In this document: piece by piece, positions 1 to 7,986 of the stretch
Layout of the letters: every line of letters starts with the position of its first letter
How positions within the stretch are numbered: position 1 is the first letter of the stretch
Source of the DNA: a virus
Taxonomy: Duplodnaviria > Caudoviricetes
Length of the DNA: 39,840 nucleotides
Reading direction: 5' to 3' (one strand)
Virus record (IMG/VR): IMGVR_UViG_3300037484_000877
Location: 1 to 39,840 of that record
Notes under the pieces: generated by a model
Told to the model about the DNA's origin: nothing
Databases searched by the model: none
The model's input: only the letters and a program-made list of their open reading frames with translations
Program-made: the position numbers and the translations under genes

Positions 1-127
1 CCGACGACGCGGCGCCCAACGTCAGGAGGGCGGCCGAGAACCTTCACCGGATGATCCGAGACATTCGGGAGTGGGTCCGGGCCGATCCCGCCAGGGCTCG
101 GGCCTTCCTGGAGGCCAGGCGGCCGCA
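1..127. repeat. 127-bp exact direct repeat, copy 1 (copy 2 at 39587-39713)
   Basis: ccgacgacgcggcgccc...gaggccaggcggccgca is identical at both positions and the copies diverge immediately after; the length equals a common assembler k-mer. Confidence 0.95.
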
Positions 128-159
128 GGGAGGCCGGCCCATGTGGAGAGCGGCTGAAG

Positions 160-447
160 ATGCAAGTCTACGACGGAAGAGAGTGGAACGGTCCAGGGCT
201 CGAGCCGGTCCTTACCGGCCCTCCGTGGGAGCACGTCTCCGTCAGTTTGCTACAGGTCGGCAGGGGGTTTCGGCGTCTACCGAACTGGAAGGAGATGTGT
301 TTCGTGAAGGACCTCTTCTGGGAAGAGGAGGAGTGCGTCGTCCAGTTTCACCCGGCGAAGGCCGACCACATCAATCTCGGGGAAGTGCTCCACCTGTGGC
401 GGCTTGTCGGAGAGCCGTTCCCGATGCCGCCCAAGGAGTGCGTGTAA
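160..447 (+). CDS. Conserved phage protein (DUF7694-like), possibly 5'-truncated at the 127/128 junction
   Basis: WEHVSVS...PNWKEMCFVKDLFW...VVQFHP...HIN...LHLWR motif typical of a widespread phage family; in-frame GPCGERLK lies upstream of the ATG with no other obvious start. Confidence 0.7.
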   Translation: MQVYDGREWNGPGLEPVLTGPPWEHVSVSLLQVGRGFRRLPNWKEMCFVKDLFWEEEECVVQFHPAKADHINLGEVLHLWRLVGEPFPMPPKECV

Positions 448-528
448 GCAGTGGGCCGTATTGGAGGTCCACAGCCGCAGAGCCATCCGTGGAGAAGACC
501 GTGGAACAAACCAACGAAGGGAGCGAAC

Positions 529-747
529 GTGACAGACGGGCCGAACGTAGGGACGTACCGGATGCCTCAGGCGCCGGAAGCGAAGAAGACGGACATGGGA
601 GCGATCCAGCAGGCGATCTTGGAGCAGGGGACGGCGGCTATGGCGATGTCGAAGGGGCATCCGAAGTCGGGGGAGATGATCGGGATGCGAATCCGGACCA
701 CGGACGGGTGGTTGATCGTGGCGACGAAGGCGAACACGGAGGCGTAG
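529..747 (+). CDS. Hypothetical protein
   Basis: GTG at 529 after GAAGGGAG; 3' part of ORF 451-747. Confidence 0.45.
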   Translation: MTDGPNVGTYRMPQAPEAKKTDMGAIQQAILEQGTAAMAMSKGHPKSGEMIGMRIRTTDGWLIVATKANTEA

Positions 748-751
748 GCCG

Positions 752-1945
752 CTGAATGTCTTATCTCTTTGTTCCGGGGTCGGCGGCATCGAACTCGGGA
801 TTGACCTCGACACAAGCGGACGCGCTCGCACGGTCTGCTACGTGGAGAGGGAAGCCTATGCGGCCTCAATTCTGGTCGCGCGCATGGCGGAAGGCTTCTT
901 GGCTCCGGCGCCTGTCTGGAGTGACCTCTCCACCTTCGACGGTCGAGAGTGGCGTGGCGTCGTGGATCTCGTCACTTCGGGCATCCCGTGTCAGCCCTAC
1001 AGCGCCGCCGGAAAGCAGCGCGGGCACGACGACGAGCGAGCCCTGTGGCCCGAACTCGTCCGAATCGTGGGCGAGTGTAGACCCTCCCTGGTCTTCATCG
1101 AGAACGTCCCAACTTTCGCTGGATGGTTTCGAGAGCCCGGCCAGGCTCTATGCCGCATGGGTTACGAGATCGAGGACGCGGTCTTCCTCGCTGCGGAGGA
1201 CGTTGGGGCTCCGCACAGTAGGGAAAGGGTCTTCATCCTGGCCCACCGCCACGGTGACGAGCAACGCGCAGACGAGCGAGTCGCCGACACCGAGGCAGAC
1301 TGGCGGAACGACTCTTCCGGGAGCCGCACGTTCTTGGGCCACACCAACGAGCCACGAGAGGACGCTTACGCCGCGAGAGGTGGATCACGGCGAGCAGTTG
1401 GCGAATCAGGCGGACAAGTGGCAGACGCCATCGGTAGCGGACACGACCGGCGGGCGGATGGCGAGGAGCGGAGAGCGGAGCGGCGAGATGTTGCTCAAGG
1501 GCCAGGCGAAGAACTGGGCCACGCCGGGAGTGCATACGACGCCGGACGCGAGCCCGAACAGCCACCGGGAATCGGACCTTCGGGAGCAGGTGAAGGACTT
1601 CAACTGGAGCACTCCATCGGCCCACGACGGGAGGCGGCCAGGCTCGGACGAGACGAGTACGCAGGGGGCGAACCTGAAACGGGACGCGAACCAGTGTCCC
1701 ACTTCGCGCAGCGGAGCGCACGGGACACCGGGCGCTGGCCTCCGGCACCCGACGATAGAGACGAGTGGGCCAGAATCCTCGCAGAGCGACCCGACCTCGC
1801 GCCGGCGGTTGAATCCCCTCTTCGTGGAATGGCTGATGGGCTTCCCAATCGGATGGACCGACTGCGCGCCCTTGGAAACGGAGTCGTACCTGCGGTGGCG
1901 GCGGCTGCATTCAGAGAACTACTGAGGAGAACCTATGAACGCTGA
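752..1945 (+). CDS. dcm: C5 cytosine DNA methyltransferase, catalytic (alpha) chain; probable CTG start
   Basis: Frame of ORF 842-1945 extended upstream reads LNVLSLCSGVGG (motif I), then GIPCQPYS (IV), FIENV (VI), HSRERVFI (VIII), RLRALGNGVVP (X); in-frame TGA at 713-715; GGAGG at 738-742 precedes CTG 752. Confidence 0.9.
   Translation: MNVLSLCSGVGGIELGIDLDTSGRARTVCYVEREAYAASILVARMAEGFLAPAPVWSDLSTFDGREWRGVVDLVTSGIPCQPYSAAGKQRGHDDERALWPELVRIVGECRPSLVFIENVPTFAGWFREPGQALCRMGYEIEDAVFLAAEDVGAPHSRERVFILAHRHGDEQRADERVADTEADWRNDSSGSRTFLGHTNEPREDAYAARGGSRRAVGESGGQVADAIGSGHDRRADGEERRAERRDVAQGPGEELGHAGSAYDAGREPEQPPGIGPSGAGEGLQLEHSIGPRREAARLGRDEYAGGEPETGREPVSHFAQRSARDTGRWPPAPDDRDEWARILAERPDLAPAVESPLRGMADGLPNRMDRLRALGNGVVPAVAAAAFRELLRRTYER
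756..1925 (+). CDS. Overlapping-frame methyltransferase beta chain (repeat/TRD-like region plus motif IX); true start uncertain
   Basis: Repeated W-x-T-P units and C-terminal RRLNPLFVEWLMGFPIGWT (motif IX), which the alpha frame lacks. Confidence 0.75.
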   Translation: MSYLFVPGSAASNSGLTSTQADALARSATWRGKPMRPQFWSRAWRKASWLRRLSGVTSPPSTVESGVASWISSLRASRVSPTAPPESSAGTTTSEPCGPNSSESWASVDPPWSSSRTSQLSLDGFESPARLYAAWVTRSRTRSSSLRRTLGLRTVGKGSSSWPTATVTSNAQTSESPTPRQTGGTTLPGAARSWATPTSHERTLTPREVDHGEQLANQADKWQTPSVADTTGGRMARSGERSGEMLLKGQAKNWATPGVHTTPDASPNSHRESDLREQVKDFNWSTPSAHDGRRPGSDETSTQGANLKRDANQCPTSRSGAHGTPGAGLRHPTIETSGPESSQSDPTSRRRLNPLFVEWLMGFPIGWTDCAPLETESYLRWRRLHSENY

Positions 1946-2333
1946 GGCTACGATTCTGAAGGCGAAGTCGATTTACGTCGAGATGGCCGAGGTCGAGAAG
2001 GAAAAGGCTATGCACGACGAGAGGTCGAAGGAGTGTAAGAAGCGAATCGAGGGGATGCAGGCCCAGGTGAAGGAGCTCGTGAACGCGGTCGACGGGCCCC
2101 AGGCGGAGCTCAACCTCGATTCGCCGGCGCTCGGCATTTTCGCGTGCGTCGAGGGGGAGATGCACGACTGGCAGCGGATCCGGGACGACGAGGAGCGGTC
2201 CCTCGAGACGTGCGAGAACTGCGGGGGAGAGCGGGTCTACGACAAGACGGACGAGAAACCGGAGTGGGTGTACACGTTCCCACAATCAGAACCCGCTCCG
2301 GCAGTGTCGCCATCGGAGGAGCCGGTTTCGTGA
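1935..2333 (+). CDS. Hypothetical protein, N-terminal coiled coil plus Cys/His cluster
   Basis: GAGGAG RBS, ATG; CxxxxxHDW...CENC. Confidence 0.7.
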   Translation: MNAEATILKAKSIYVEMAEVEKEKAMHDERSKECKKRIEGMQAQVKELVNAVDGPQAELNLDSPALGIFACVEGEMHDWQRIRDDEERSLETCENCGGERVYDKTDEKPEWVYTFPQSEPAPAVSPSEEPVS

Positions 2334-2430
2334 GACTTGTGGTCATCGTCCTGATTCTCGTATTCGTTGCTTGGCCTTGGTGGGTAGGGGTATGCCAGAT
2401 CATCGGTGCGCTCTCGGAGGGGAAGTGGAG

Positions 2431-2616
2431 ATGATCGAGGGACGTTCCCAGTGTCAGCGGTGCGGGAAGTGGTTCAAGACCGGCGCGGAGCTCCGCGCGC
2501 ACATCGAGAACTGCCGCCCTCAGGTTGGCGTGCCGCGGCGCCGGGCGGAGCAGGCGCGCTTCGGAACCTTCGCCGAGGCGTACCGAGACGCTGTGGATCG
2601 CGAGGTGGAGAGGTGA
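2431..2616 (+). CDS. Small zinc-finger protein
   Basis: CQRCGKWFKTGAELRAHIENC, C2H2/C2HC pattern; ATGA coupling to the upstream ORF. Confidence 0.6.
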   Translation: MIEGRSQCQRCGKWFKTGAELRAHIENCRPQVGVPRRRAEQARFGTFAEAYRDAVDREVER

Positions 2617-3011
2617 GATGGCCGTGGCAGAAGCGAGAGGCTACAAGCGCATTCTTCGACACCGTTCCAGGATGGAATGGGCCCGATCAGAAGATCGCCT
2701 GGCCCACGTTCGAGTCGCTCCGGAACTTCCGCCCACCAGATCCTGAGCCGGAGGACGTCGTTCCGACTGAGGTCTACGAGCTCGTCCAGGAGATCGAGGA
2801 TCGAGCTCGCCGTCTCCGGAAGGCTGCCGAGGTCCACTTCATGCGCCGGCACGTTCCCGGTTACCACAACCGGTCGTGGAGGCGATGGAATTGGGGGAAG
2901 GTCAAGGACGCTATCTGGGAGACTCCAGTTGAGTACACGACTGGGATTCGTAGAGGCATCGTGGGCTACATAACCGGGGCCGACCCAGCATTCACTGGAG
3001 CGAAGCGGTGA
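2613..3011 (+). CDS. Hypothetical protein
   Basis: GTGA coupling at both ends; GGAGAG RBS. Confidence 0.6.
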   Translation: MRWPWQKREATSAFFDTVPGWNGPDQKIAWPTFESLRNFRPPDPEPEDVVPTEVYELVQEIEDRARRLRKAAEVHFMRRHVPGYHNRSWRRWNWGKVKDAIWETPVEYTTGIRRGIVGYITGADPAFTGAKR

Positions 3012-3376
3012 AGAGCCGCCACGCGTTTCTGCCTCCGGTTCCGGTGTCGATGTTCCAGGGAAGGGGCTCGGACGGCCCGGTATTCGAGGCGACGTGCGAG
3101 CTCAGGTACGGCGTCTACGAGTACACGCTCCCGGAGCGGTTCCTTCGGCCCCAGGCCGCGGTCTTCGAGATCGGCGAGAAGAAGCGCCAGCTCCTACTCG
3201 TCGAGCACGAGACGATCGCGTCTAGGATCCGAGAGAACGACGGTCACATTTTCGGGGTCCCGGTCTGGTACTCCATCGGGCACGGACACCTCTGGGTCTA
3301 CCCCGCCCCTCTCGAGCCGGCCACCATCCGCCTCTTCTACACGACCATGGGGATGCACGGATGGCTACCGAAGTGA
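3008..3376 (+). CDS. Stand-alone paralog of the head-tail adaptor beta domain
   Basis: EYTLPERF...KKRQL...GVPVWYSI...VYPAP...IRLFY aligns by eye with EYNVPTDY...TKRRL...GIPAFYYI...LNPIP...LVLRY of 21401-22078. Confidence 0.55.
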   Translation: MKSRHAFLPPVPVSMFQGRGSDGPVFEATCELRYGVYEYTLPERFLRPQAAVFEIGEKKRQLLLVEHETIASRIRENDGHIFGVPVWYSIGHGHLWVYPAPLEPATIRLFYTTMGMHGWLPK

Positions 3377-3554
3377 CCTGGCGGAGGTTCAGGACGCTTC
3401 TCTCGATCGGGACTTTCACGGTTTCATGGGAGCGAGGAATCTGTCGGTCCTACCGAACCCCAAGAGCCTGGAGATGGGGTCAGCCCCACTGCCGATTCTG
3501 CTGGGGATTCCGATTTATGGGGCTTCACATCGAGAACCGAATGAGTAACTCCCG

Positions 3555-3755
3555 ATGATTCGCCTCCGGTGGTTTCTCGGAAAGTTGAAATACCGGTGGA
3601 GGGAGTTCGTGTGCGCCACCGTGGGCCACCGATGGTGGTTCTGCGACCAGAGCCCCGAGACGCTGAGAGCGGACCCGGAACTGAAATGGAACCGAACCGG
3701 CCAAGGCACCCACCGCTGGTGCGGACGCTGCGGACGCTACGAGCTCAACCTGTGA
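3555..3755 (+). CDS. Small DUF1660-like Cys/His protein
   Basis: CATVGHRW...CGRCG pattern. Confidence 0.55.
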   Translation: MIRLRWFLGKLKYRWREFVCATVGHRWWFCDQSPETLRADPELKWNRTGQGTHRWCGRCGRYELNL

Positions 3756-4021
3756 GCCTCTCCGACCTCTCGTACTTCACCTGGGACACCCAGTCCATCC
3801 GCATCCACGGCCACTTCGGATGGAACTGGAGACACCCCCGCTCTACCTCCGGCCCCGACGCCATGCGCCTCATGCTCCCCGCCGGCCACTTCGGCCAGGT
3901 CCCCATCGGATTCACCCTCTTCAGCGCCCCCAAGAACCGCGGATGCCCCGCCCACACCCTCCTCCCCACCGCCCTCAAGCTCATCCACCGAGACACCGCA
4001 CGCAGACGCCCACCACGCTGA
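3752..4021 (+). CDS. Hypothetical protein with strongly C-rich codon usage
   Basis: GTGA coupling to 3555-3755; 3' part of ORF 3569-4021. Confidence 0.45.
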   Translation: MSLSDLSYFTWDTQSIRIHGHFGWNWRHPRSTSGPDAMRLMLPAGHFGQVPIGFTLFSAPKNRGCPAHTLLPTALKLIHRDTARRRPPR

Positions 4022-4375
4022 TCCCCAGCCCACCAGAACCACGATCTCCCCAAATCCCTCCTCCTACCCCCAGACCCCAGCCGCCTCCCCCTGGAGCCCC
4101 CCAGACCCCTTCCCTGAAGTGGATGATTCCTGACCACCCTCCCCTATCCGGAGAATGAAAATTCCCCATGGGGGTCTACACCCTACCAGACGACTACCCC
4201 CACCCCTCCCCCCCGGGGGGGTACTGAAGGCATCAGGATGGAAGGAATGGATTCCTGATTAGGACTCCCTACGGGATGGAGTACCGATAGGTACATTGGG
4301 GTGGTTGGATAGAGCCATGCTCCTCCATCCTCCTCCCCCTCCTATATCCTCCCCCTCCTCCTTCCCCCTCCCCTG
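4022..4375. other. Low-complexity C-tract/palindrome region; candidate genome terminus or packaging region
   Basis: CCCCATGGGG 4164-4173, C7G7 palindrome 4208-4221, short inverted repeats 4231-4294, polypyrimidine tract 4320-4373; no credible CDS. Confidence 0.4.
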
Positions 4376-4628
4376 TCAGGGTCCGGGTTGCGGCTCGCGT
4401 TCGCTCGGGATGGCGCCGGCCGCGGATGACTGCTCCGCTCGCGGCCGGCGCGTAGCGCTTGGGAGTCCTGAGGGTTGCCAGGGTTGTAGCGTGTCTCGCG
4501 AGGAGTGCCGGCGCTGGTAGTCTCCGATGCTCCCCCTACCCTAGCGCGGAGAGTGCGGGAAAATCCGAAGTGACACCGGGTTGGATTCCGCAACGCGTTG
4601 GGTTGCAATACGCTAGTAACTGGTCAAT

Positions 4629-4698
4629 GTTATCCACAAAGGATTGTTGACGATTCCCGCCATGTCAATGCGACTAATAGCGTTAGTCGGTGGATAAC
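4629..4698. promoter_or_regulatory. Inverted pair of DnaA boxes
   Basis: TTATCCACA at 4630-4638 (perfect) and GGTGGATAA at 4689-4697 (reverse strand, 1 mismatch) in an AT-richer intergenic stretch. Confidence 0.6.
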
Positions 4699-4785
4699 TT
4701 TCTCCGTTCCCGTGGTACAGGCCTTGCAATGCTATAGAACGTCAACGGACTTTGTCAGGAATGGAGGGTTTGCCAGAACGGAGGA

Positions 4786-4986
4786 TTGACCATGTACACC
4801 ATCCCGCAACGTCTCAAGGGTTTTGAGAAGGGTTACAAGACCGGTAGAGCCGCAACGTACCAACGCGAGCCGATTCCCTTCCGGATTGTGGCGCCTTCCA
4901 CGGCCGCGGAATCGGCTGAAGCGGAAGGGTTTGCGGTGGGGTTTACGGATGGAGTCCTACGCTCCAACGGCGAGCGGTTGTCGTAG
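4786..4986 (+). CDS. Hypothetical early protein
   Basis: GGAGG RBS at 4780-4784; start TTG 4786 or ATG 4792. Confidence 0.6.
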   Translation: MTMYTIPQRLKGFEKGYKTGRAATYQREPIPFRIVAPSTAAESAEAEGFAVGFTDGVLRSNGERLS

Positions 4987-5037
4987 TCCAAACCGACATG
5001 GAAGGCTAACCCGGCCAGGGACGGCCTGGAGAGTCAA

Positions 5038-5634
5038 ATGGGTGAGTACGCGAAGAACGAGCGCGGAGAGTCGGTCAAGATCGGAACGTGTGAGGATATG
5101 TATTACCTTCGGTTTGACCAGCGCACGAAGGTCCAATGGGAGCGTGGGAACGTGGACCCCGTGAAGGATGCGCCCGCGCTACGGTTTCGCTTCCCGTGGC
5201 CGGATGAGGACCACGTTGCGCCTGGAGACTTCCACGCGAACGGGTATGAGCGGGCCGTTCCTGTCCACGGATTCACCACGGTTGCGGACTTCGATCATCA
5301 CTCCGTGCAGTTCACCGCGAAGGGCTATAACGTCTGCCTGCCGTGCCCCGAATCAGGACCGCCGCCCGCCGGCTTGGTGATACACCGGAACGGATTCGCC
5401 GGAGCTGTGCAACTCGTACAGCAGCGGTATCGGCCGGGCATCGGACTGGTGCCGGTGCTTCGATGCGGCGGATGCGGAGCGAAGTACCGCCTGGAGGAAC
5501 GCCACGAGATCGAAGCCCTCGCAGTAGCCTTTCGGAATGAGGGCGACGTCAAAAGCCCGGCCATATCGAGCGAATGGTGGCACGCGATCGCCGATCGAAT
5601 CCTTGCCGGAATCGCCGAGGAGGTGACCCCGTGA
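5038..5634 (+). CDS. Hypothetical early protein with Cys motifs
   Basis: GGAGAG RBS, ATG; KIGTCEDMYYLR, CLPCP, CGGCG. Confidence 0.8.
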   Translation: MGEYAKNERGESVKIGTCEDMYYLRFDQRTKVQWERGNVDPVKDAPALRFRFPWPDEDHVAPGDFHANGYERAVPVHGFTTVADFDHHSVQFTAKGYNVCLPCPESGPPPAGLVIHRNGFAGAVQLVQQRYRPGIGLVPVLRCGGCGAKYRLEERHEIEALAVAFRNEGDVKSPAISSEWWHAIADRILAGIAEEVTP

Positions 5635-5957
5635 AGCGCGCCCTGCTCGCAGTGCTCGTAGCGTCATCCCTTGGGGCCGCGGCGCCCCAAGGGCCGCCTT
5701 CGGTGGACCTGTACATCTCCGACCTCCAAGAGCAGGTCGATTCGCTACGGATGCGCGTAGAGGCCTTGGAGACGACCCTGCAATACGTCGCTGAGACCGA
5801 AGCTCGCCAGTGGCGGGAGGCGACCTGGAGTCAGTACGTCAAGGCAGACTCAACCCGGACCCAGTGTCGAGCCACGACGAAGGCCGGCCACCAGTGCAAG
5901 CGGAAGGCCGCGCGCACGGACTCGCTCTGCACGCAGCACCGGAGGATGGCGAAATGA
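5631..5957 (+). CDS. Exported protein: signal peptide, coiled coil, C-terminal CCCH module (DUF5763-like)
   Basis: MKRALLAVLVASSLGAAA; QCRATTKAGHQCKRKA...LCTQH; GTGA coupling, GAGGAGG RBS. Confidence 0.7.
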   Translation: MKRALLAVLVASSLGAAAPQGPPSVDLYISDLQEQVDSLRMRVEALETTLQYVAETEARQWREATWSQYVKADSTRTQCRATTKAGHQCKRKAARTDSLCTQHRRMAK

Positions 5958-6175
5958 GCAGAAAACGGCCAGGCTGGAGGGCGGCAGAACGGACGTTCAA
6001 AAGCCTTTCGCGCGACCTAGAGCGGAAGGCGCACGAGAGCCGATACGCAGCGGCGCTCCGTCTCTGCCTGCGTGAAATCGAGCAGTTCCACTCGACCGCC
6101 TACCCTGATTGCGATGGCGGTTGCCCAGCACACGAAGCGATGGCGGCCGCAAAGGCCGCATTGGGGAGCAAATGA
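5954..6175 (+). CDS. Hypothetical protein
   Basis: ATGA coupling, GGAGG RBS. Confidence 0.6.
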   Translation: MSRKRPGWRAAERTFKSLSRDLERKAHESRYAAALRLCLREIEQFHSTAYPDCDGGCPAHEAMAAAKAALGSK

Positions 6176-6384
6176 ACCTCGAGCGGATCGGACCAGCACC
6201 GGGCTACATCGAGACTCCCAAGATGAAGGCCGACTTCGACCGGCTCCTGGAGCGGCTCGTCATCTCCACCATCGTGGAGTTCGACAAGCGATACAACTGG
6301 CCGGCGATCGAGAAGGAGCAGGCCGCGCGGATGCATGCCTTTCTCCCCTGCCAGGAATTGGGGTTGGAGGAAGTGCCGATCTAG
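6172..6384 (+). CDS. Hypothetical protein
   Basis: ATGA coupling, GGGGAG RBS. Confidence 0.6.
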   Translation: MNLERIGPAPGYIETPKMKADFDRLLERLVISTIVEFDKRYNWPAIEKEQAARMHAFLPCQELGLEEVPI

Positions 6385-6404
6385 GAAACCGCTAGATAAA
6401 TCGC

Positions 6405-6434
6405 TTGACGGTTAGGAGGTGATTCGGCTAGTAT
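6405..6434 (+). promoter_or_regulatory. Sigma70-like promoter
   Basis: TTGACG-18 nt-TAGTAT upstream of the recombination cluster. Confidence 0.5.
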
Positions 6435-6645
6435 GGATGCTATGAAACCGGAACCGACTGAGGAACTCTCGGAGAACATCCACGCGAACTTGAAGCGCTT
6501 CGCGGAGTACGTCGCGCGCTTCCCTCTCCGCGCGTGCTCCAAGTGCGGGGTGGACTGCCGCGCGCTTGACTGGCGGATTGATGGGCAGGTCATCTGCACC
6601 GTTTGTAGGGAGACCGGCGGGCCGCCAAGGACGGCGACCCAATAA
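6433..6645 (+). CDS. Small Zn-ribbon protein
   Basis: CSKC...CTVC. Confidence 0.5.
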   Translation: MDAMKPEPTEELSENIHANLKRFAEYVARFPLRACSKCGVDCRALDWRIDGQVICTVCRETGGPPRTATQ

Positions 6646-6663
6646 CCAACGGAGGGTTGAGGG

Positions 6664-6840
6664 GTGAAAGTGAAGCTGGAAGGCGACTACTACTGGATCA
6701 AGGTTTCGCCGAAGCGGTGGGCCAAGGTGAAGCGACACATGAAGCGACTCGAGAGGTCGGGCGAAGAGTTCGGCGCTAAGCTGACCGTGAACCGAGTCGC
6801 CGGCAGGATCTTCGCAGAGGCCGTGGACAGGATGCCGTGA
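6664..6840 (+). CDS. Small basic protein, possibly DNA-binding
   Basis: 58 aa read by hand (MKVKLEGDYYWIKVSPKRWAKVKRH...); GGAGG upstream; GTGA coupling downstream. Confidence 0.5.
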   Translation: MKVKLEGDYYWIKVSPKRWAKVKRHMKRLERSGEEFGAKLTVNRVAGRIFAEAVDRMP

Positions 6841-6990
6841 GGCCAGGAGCCTTTGAGATTGCCGCGAAGTGGCGCCGTTGGTGGAGAACCCCTAGGCGCT
6901 ATCACAGCCTATACTGGTTCGCCTTCGTGGCTGGGATCGTTGTCGGAATGGCGCTGCTCGACATCGCTGTACACCTAGCGCCGTAGAGGG

Positions 6991-7986
6991 TTGAATCGCA
7001 TGAACGACATCACACTGCCGGACGAGGACGACCCGGCACTACTTCAGTGCCAGGTTTGCGATCACTGGAAAGTGCAACACGTTCCTAGGTGCCAAGAGAG
7101 TGGCTGCGCGTGTACTGGATACGTTGGACGAGCAACCGACGTCGTCGCGTACACGCCCCCCACGGTGGAGCTCGTGCACGTCTCCCAGAATCCGCTCGAC
7201 CTGGACCCGGCCGTGTTCCAGGCCGCGCTCGACCGGAGACGGCTCAACCGGGACGCGCTCCTGAATTGGATCCGATCCCAACTCGTGAAGGGCGTCGACT
7301 ACGGGCCGATCCACGTGATGAGCAAGGCGAAGTGCGACAAGGGGAAGTGGTGCGACAACCCGAGCCACTTCTCCAAGCCGTCCCTCTTCAAGCCGGGGGC
7401 CGAGAAGATCGTCGGCATCCTCGGGCTGTCCCCGCGTTTTCCCACGCTCGAGCAGTACGAAGCGGCCTGCATCGCAGGGACTACGATCAACCAGATCATC
7501 CTACGGTGTGAGCTCGTCGACACTTCGGGCCGAGTCGTCGGAGCTGGAATCGGCGCGCGCTTCGTCTCCCAGGACAGCGGCGACCTCAACAAGGCCCTGA
7601 AGATGGCGAAGAAATCCGCGTACATCGACGCCACGATCACGGGCGCCGGACTGTCCGAGGAGTACACGCTGGACGTCGAGGACATGAACCACGAGCAGGA
7701 CGATTCAGGCTACTCAGCTGGGGGCGAGCTCTTCCCGCCGTCCGCCGACACGGCACCGGCTCCTCCGCCACGCGCTCCAGAACCTCCGAAGCCTGGGGAA
7801 CTGTGCCCGTGCGGTAGTCCATGCGTCGAAGCTAGGACCGGAGCGAAGAATAAGAAGCCGAACAAGGCATACATCACGTGCGACCTATCGAACCGCGCGT
7901 TCAAGGGTGACGAGGCCGCGAAACGACTGCTCTCGAGGTGGGATGCCGAGAACCCGGACAGCAAACACACCTGGAGGTGGAAGTGA
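6991..7986 (+). CDS. Putative single-strand annealing protein / phage recombinase
   Basis: GVDYG...KPSLFKPGAEKI...NKALKMAKKSAYIDA motifs typical of phage SSAP-like proteins; Pro-rich linker and C-terminal Zn ribbon (CPCG...C). Confidence 0.65.
   Translation: MNRMNDITLPDEDDPALLQCQVCDHWKVQHVPRCQESGCACTGYVGRATDVVAYTPPTVELVHVSQNPLDLDPAVFQAALDRRRLNRDALLNWIRSQLVKGVDYGPIHVMSKAKCDKGKWCDNPSHFSKPSLFKPGAEKIVGILGLSPRFPTLEQYEAACIAGTTINQIILRCELVDTSGRVVGAGIGARFVSQDSGDLNKALKMAKKSAYIDATITGAGLSEEYTLDVEDMNHEQDDSGYSAGGELFPPSADTAPAPPPRAPEPPKPGELCPCGSPCVEARTGAKNKKPNKAYITCDLSNRAFKGDEAAKRLLSRWDAENPDSKHTWRWK

Noticed and set aside
1-127. Biological direct terminal repeat
   Set aside because: Falls mid-gene, equals a standard assembler k-mer length, and the second copy is not terminal
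515-530. 16-bp match CGAAGGGAGCGAACGT with 39784-39799
   Set aside because: No flanking similarity and different gene contexts; cannot be distinguished from chance, though worth rechecking once the contig end is extended
3737-4169. Gly/Trp-rich minus-strand ORFs and Pro-rich ORF 3820-4158
   Set aside because: By-products of the C-tract low-complexity sequence
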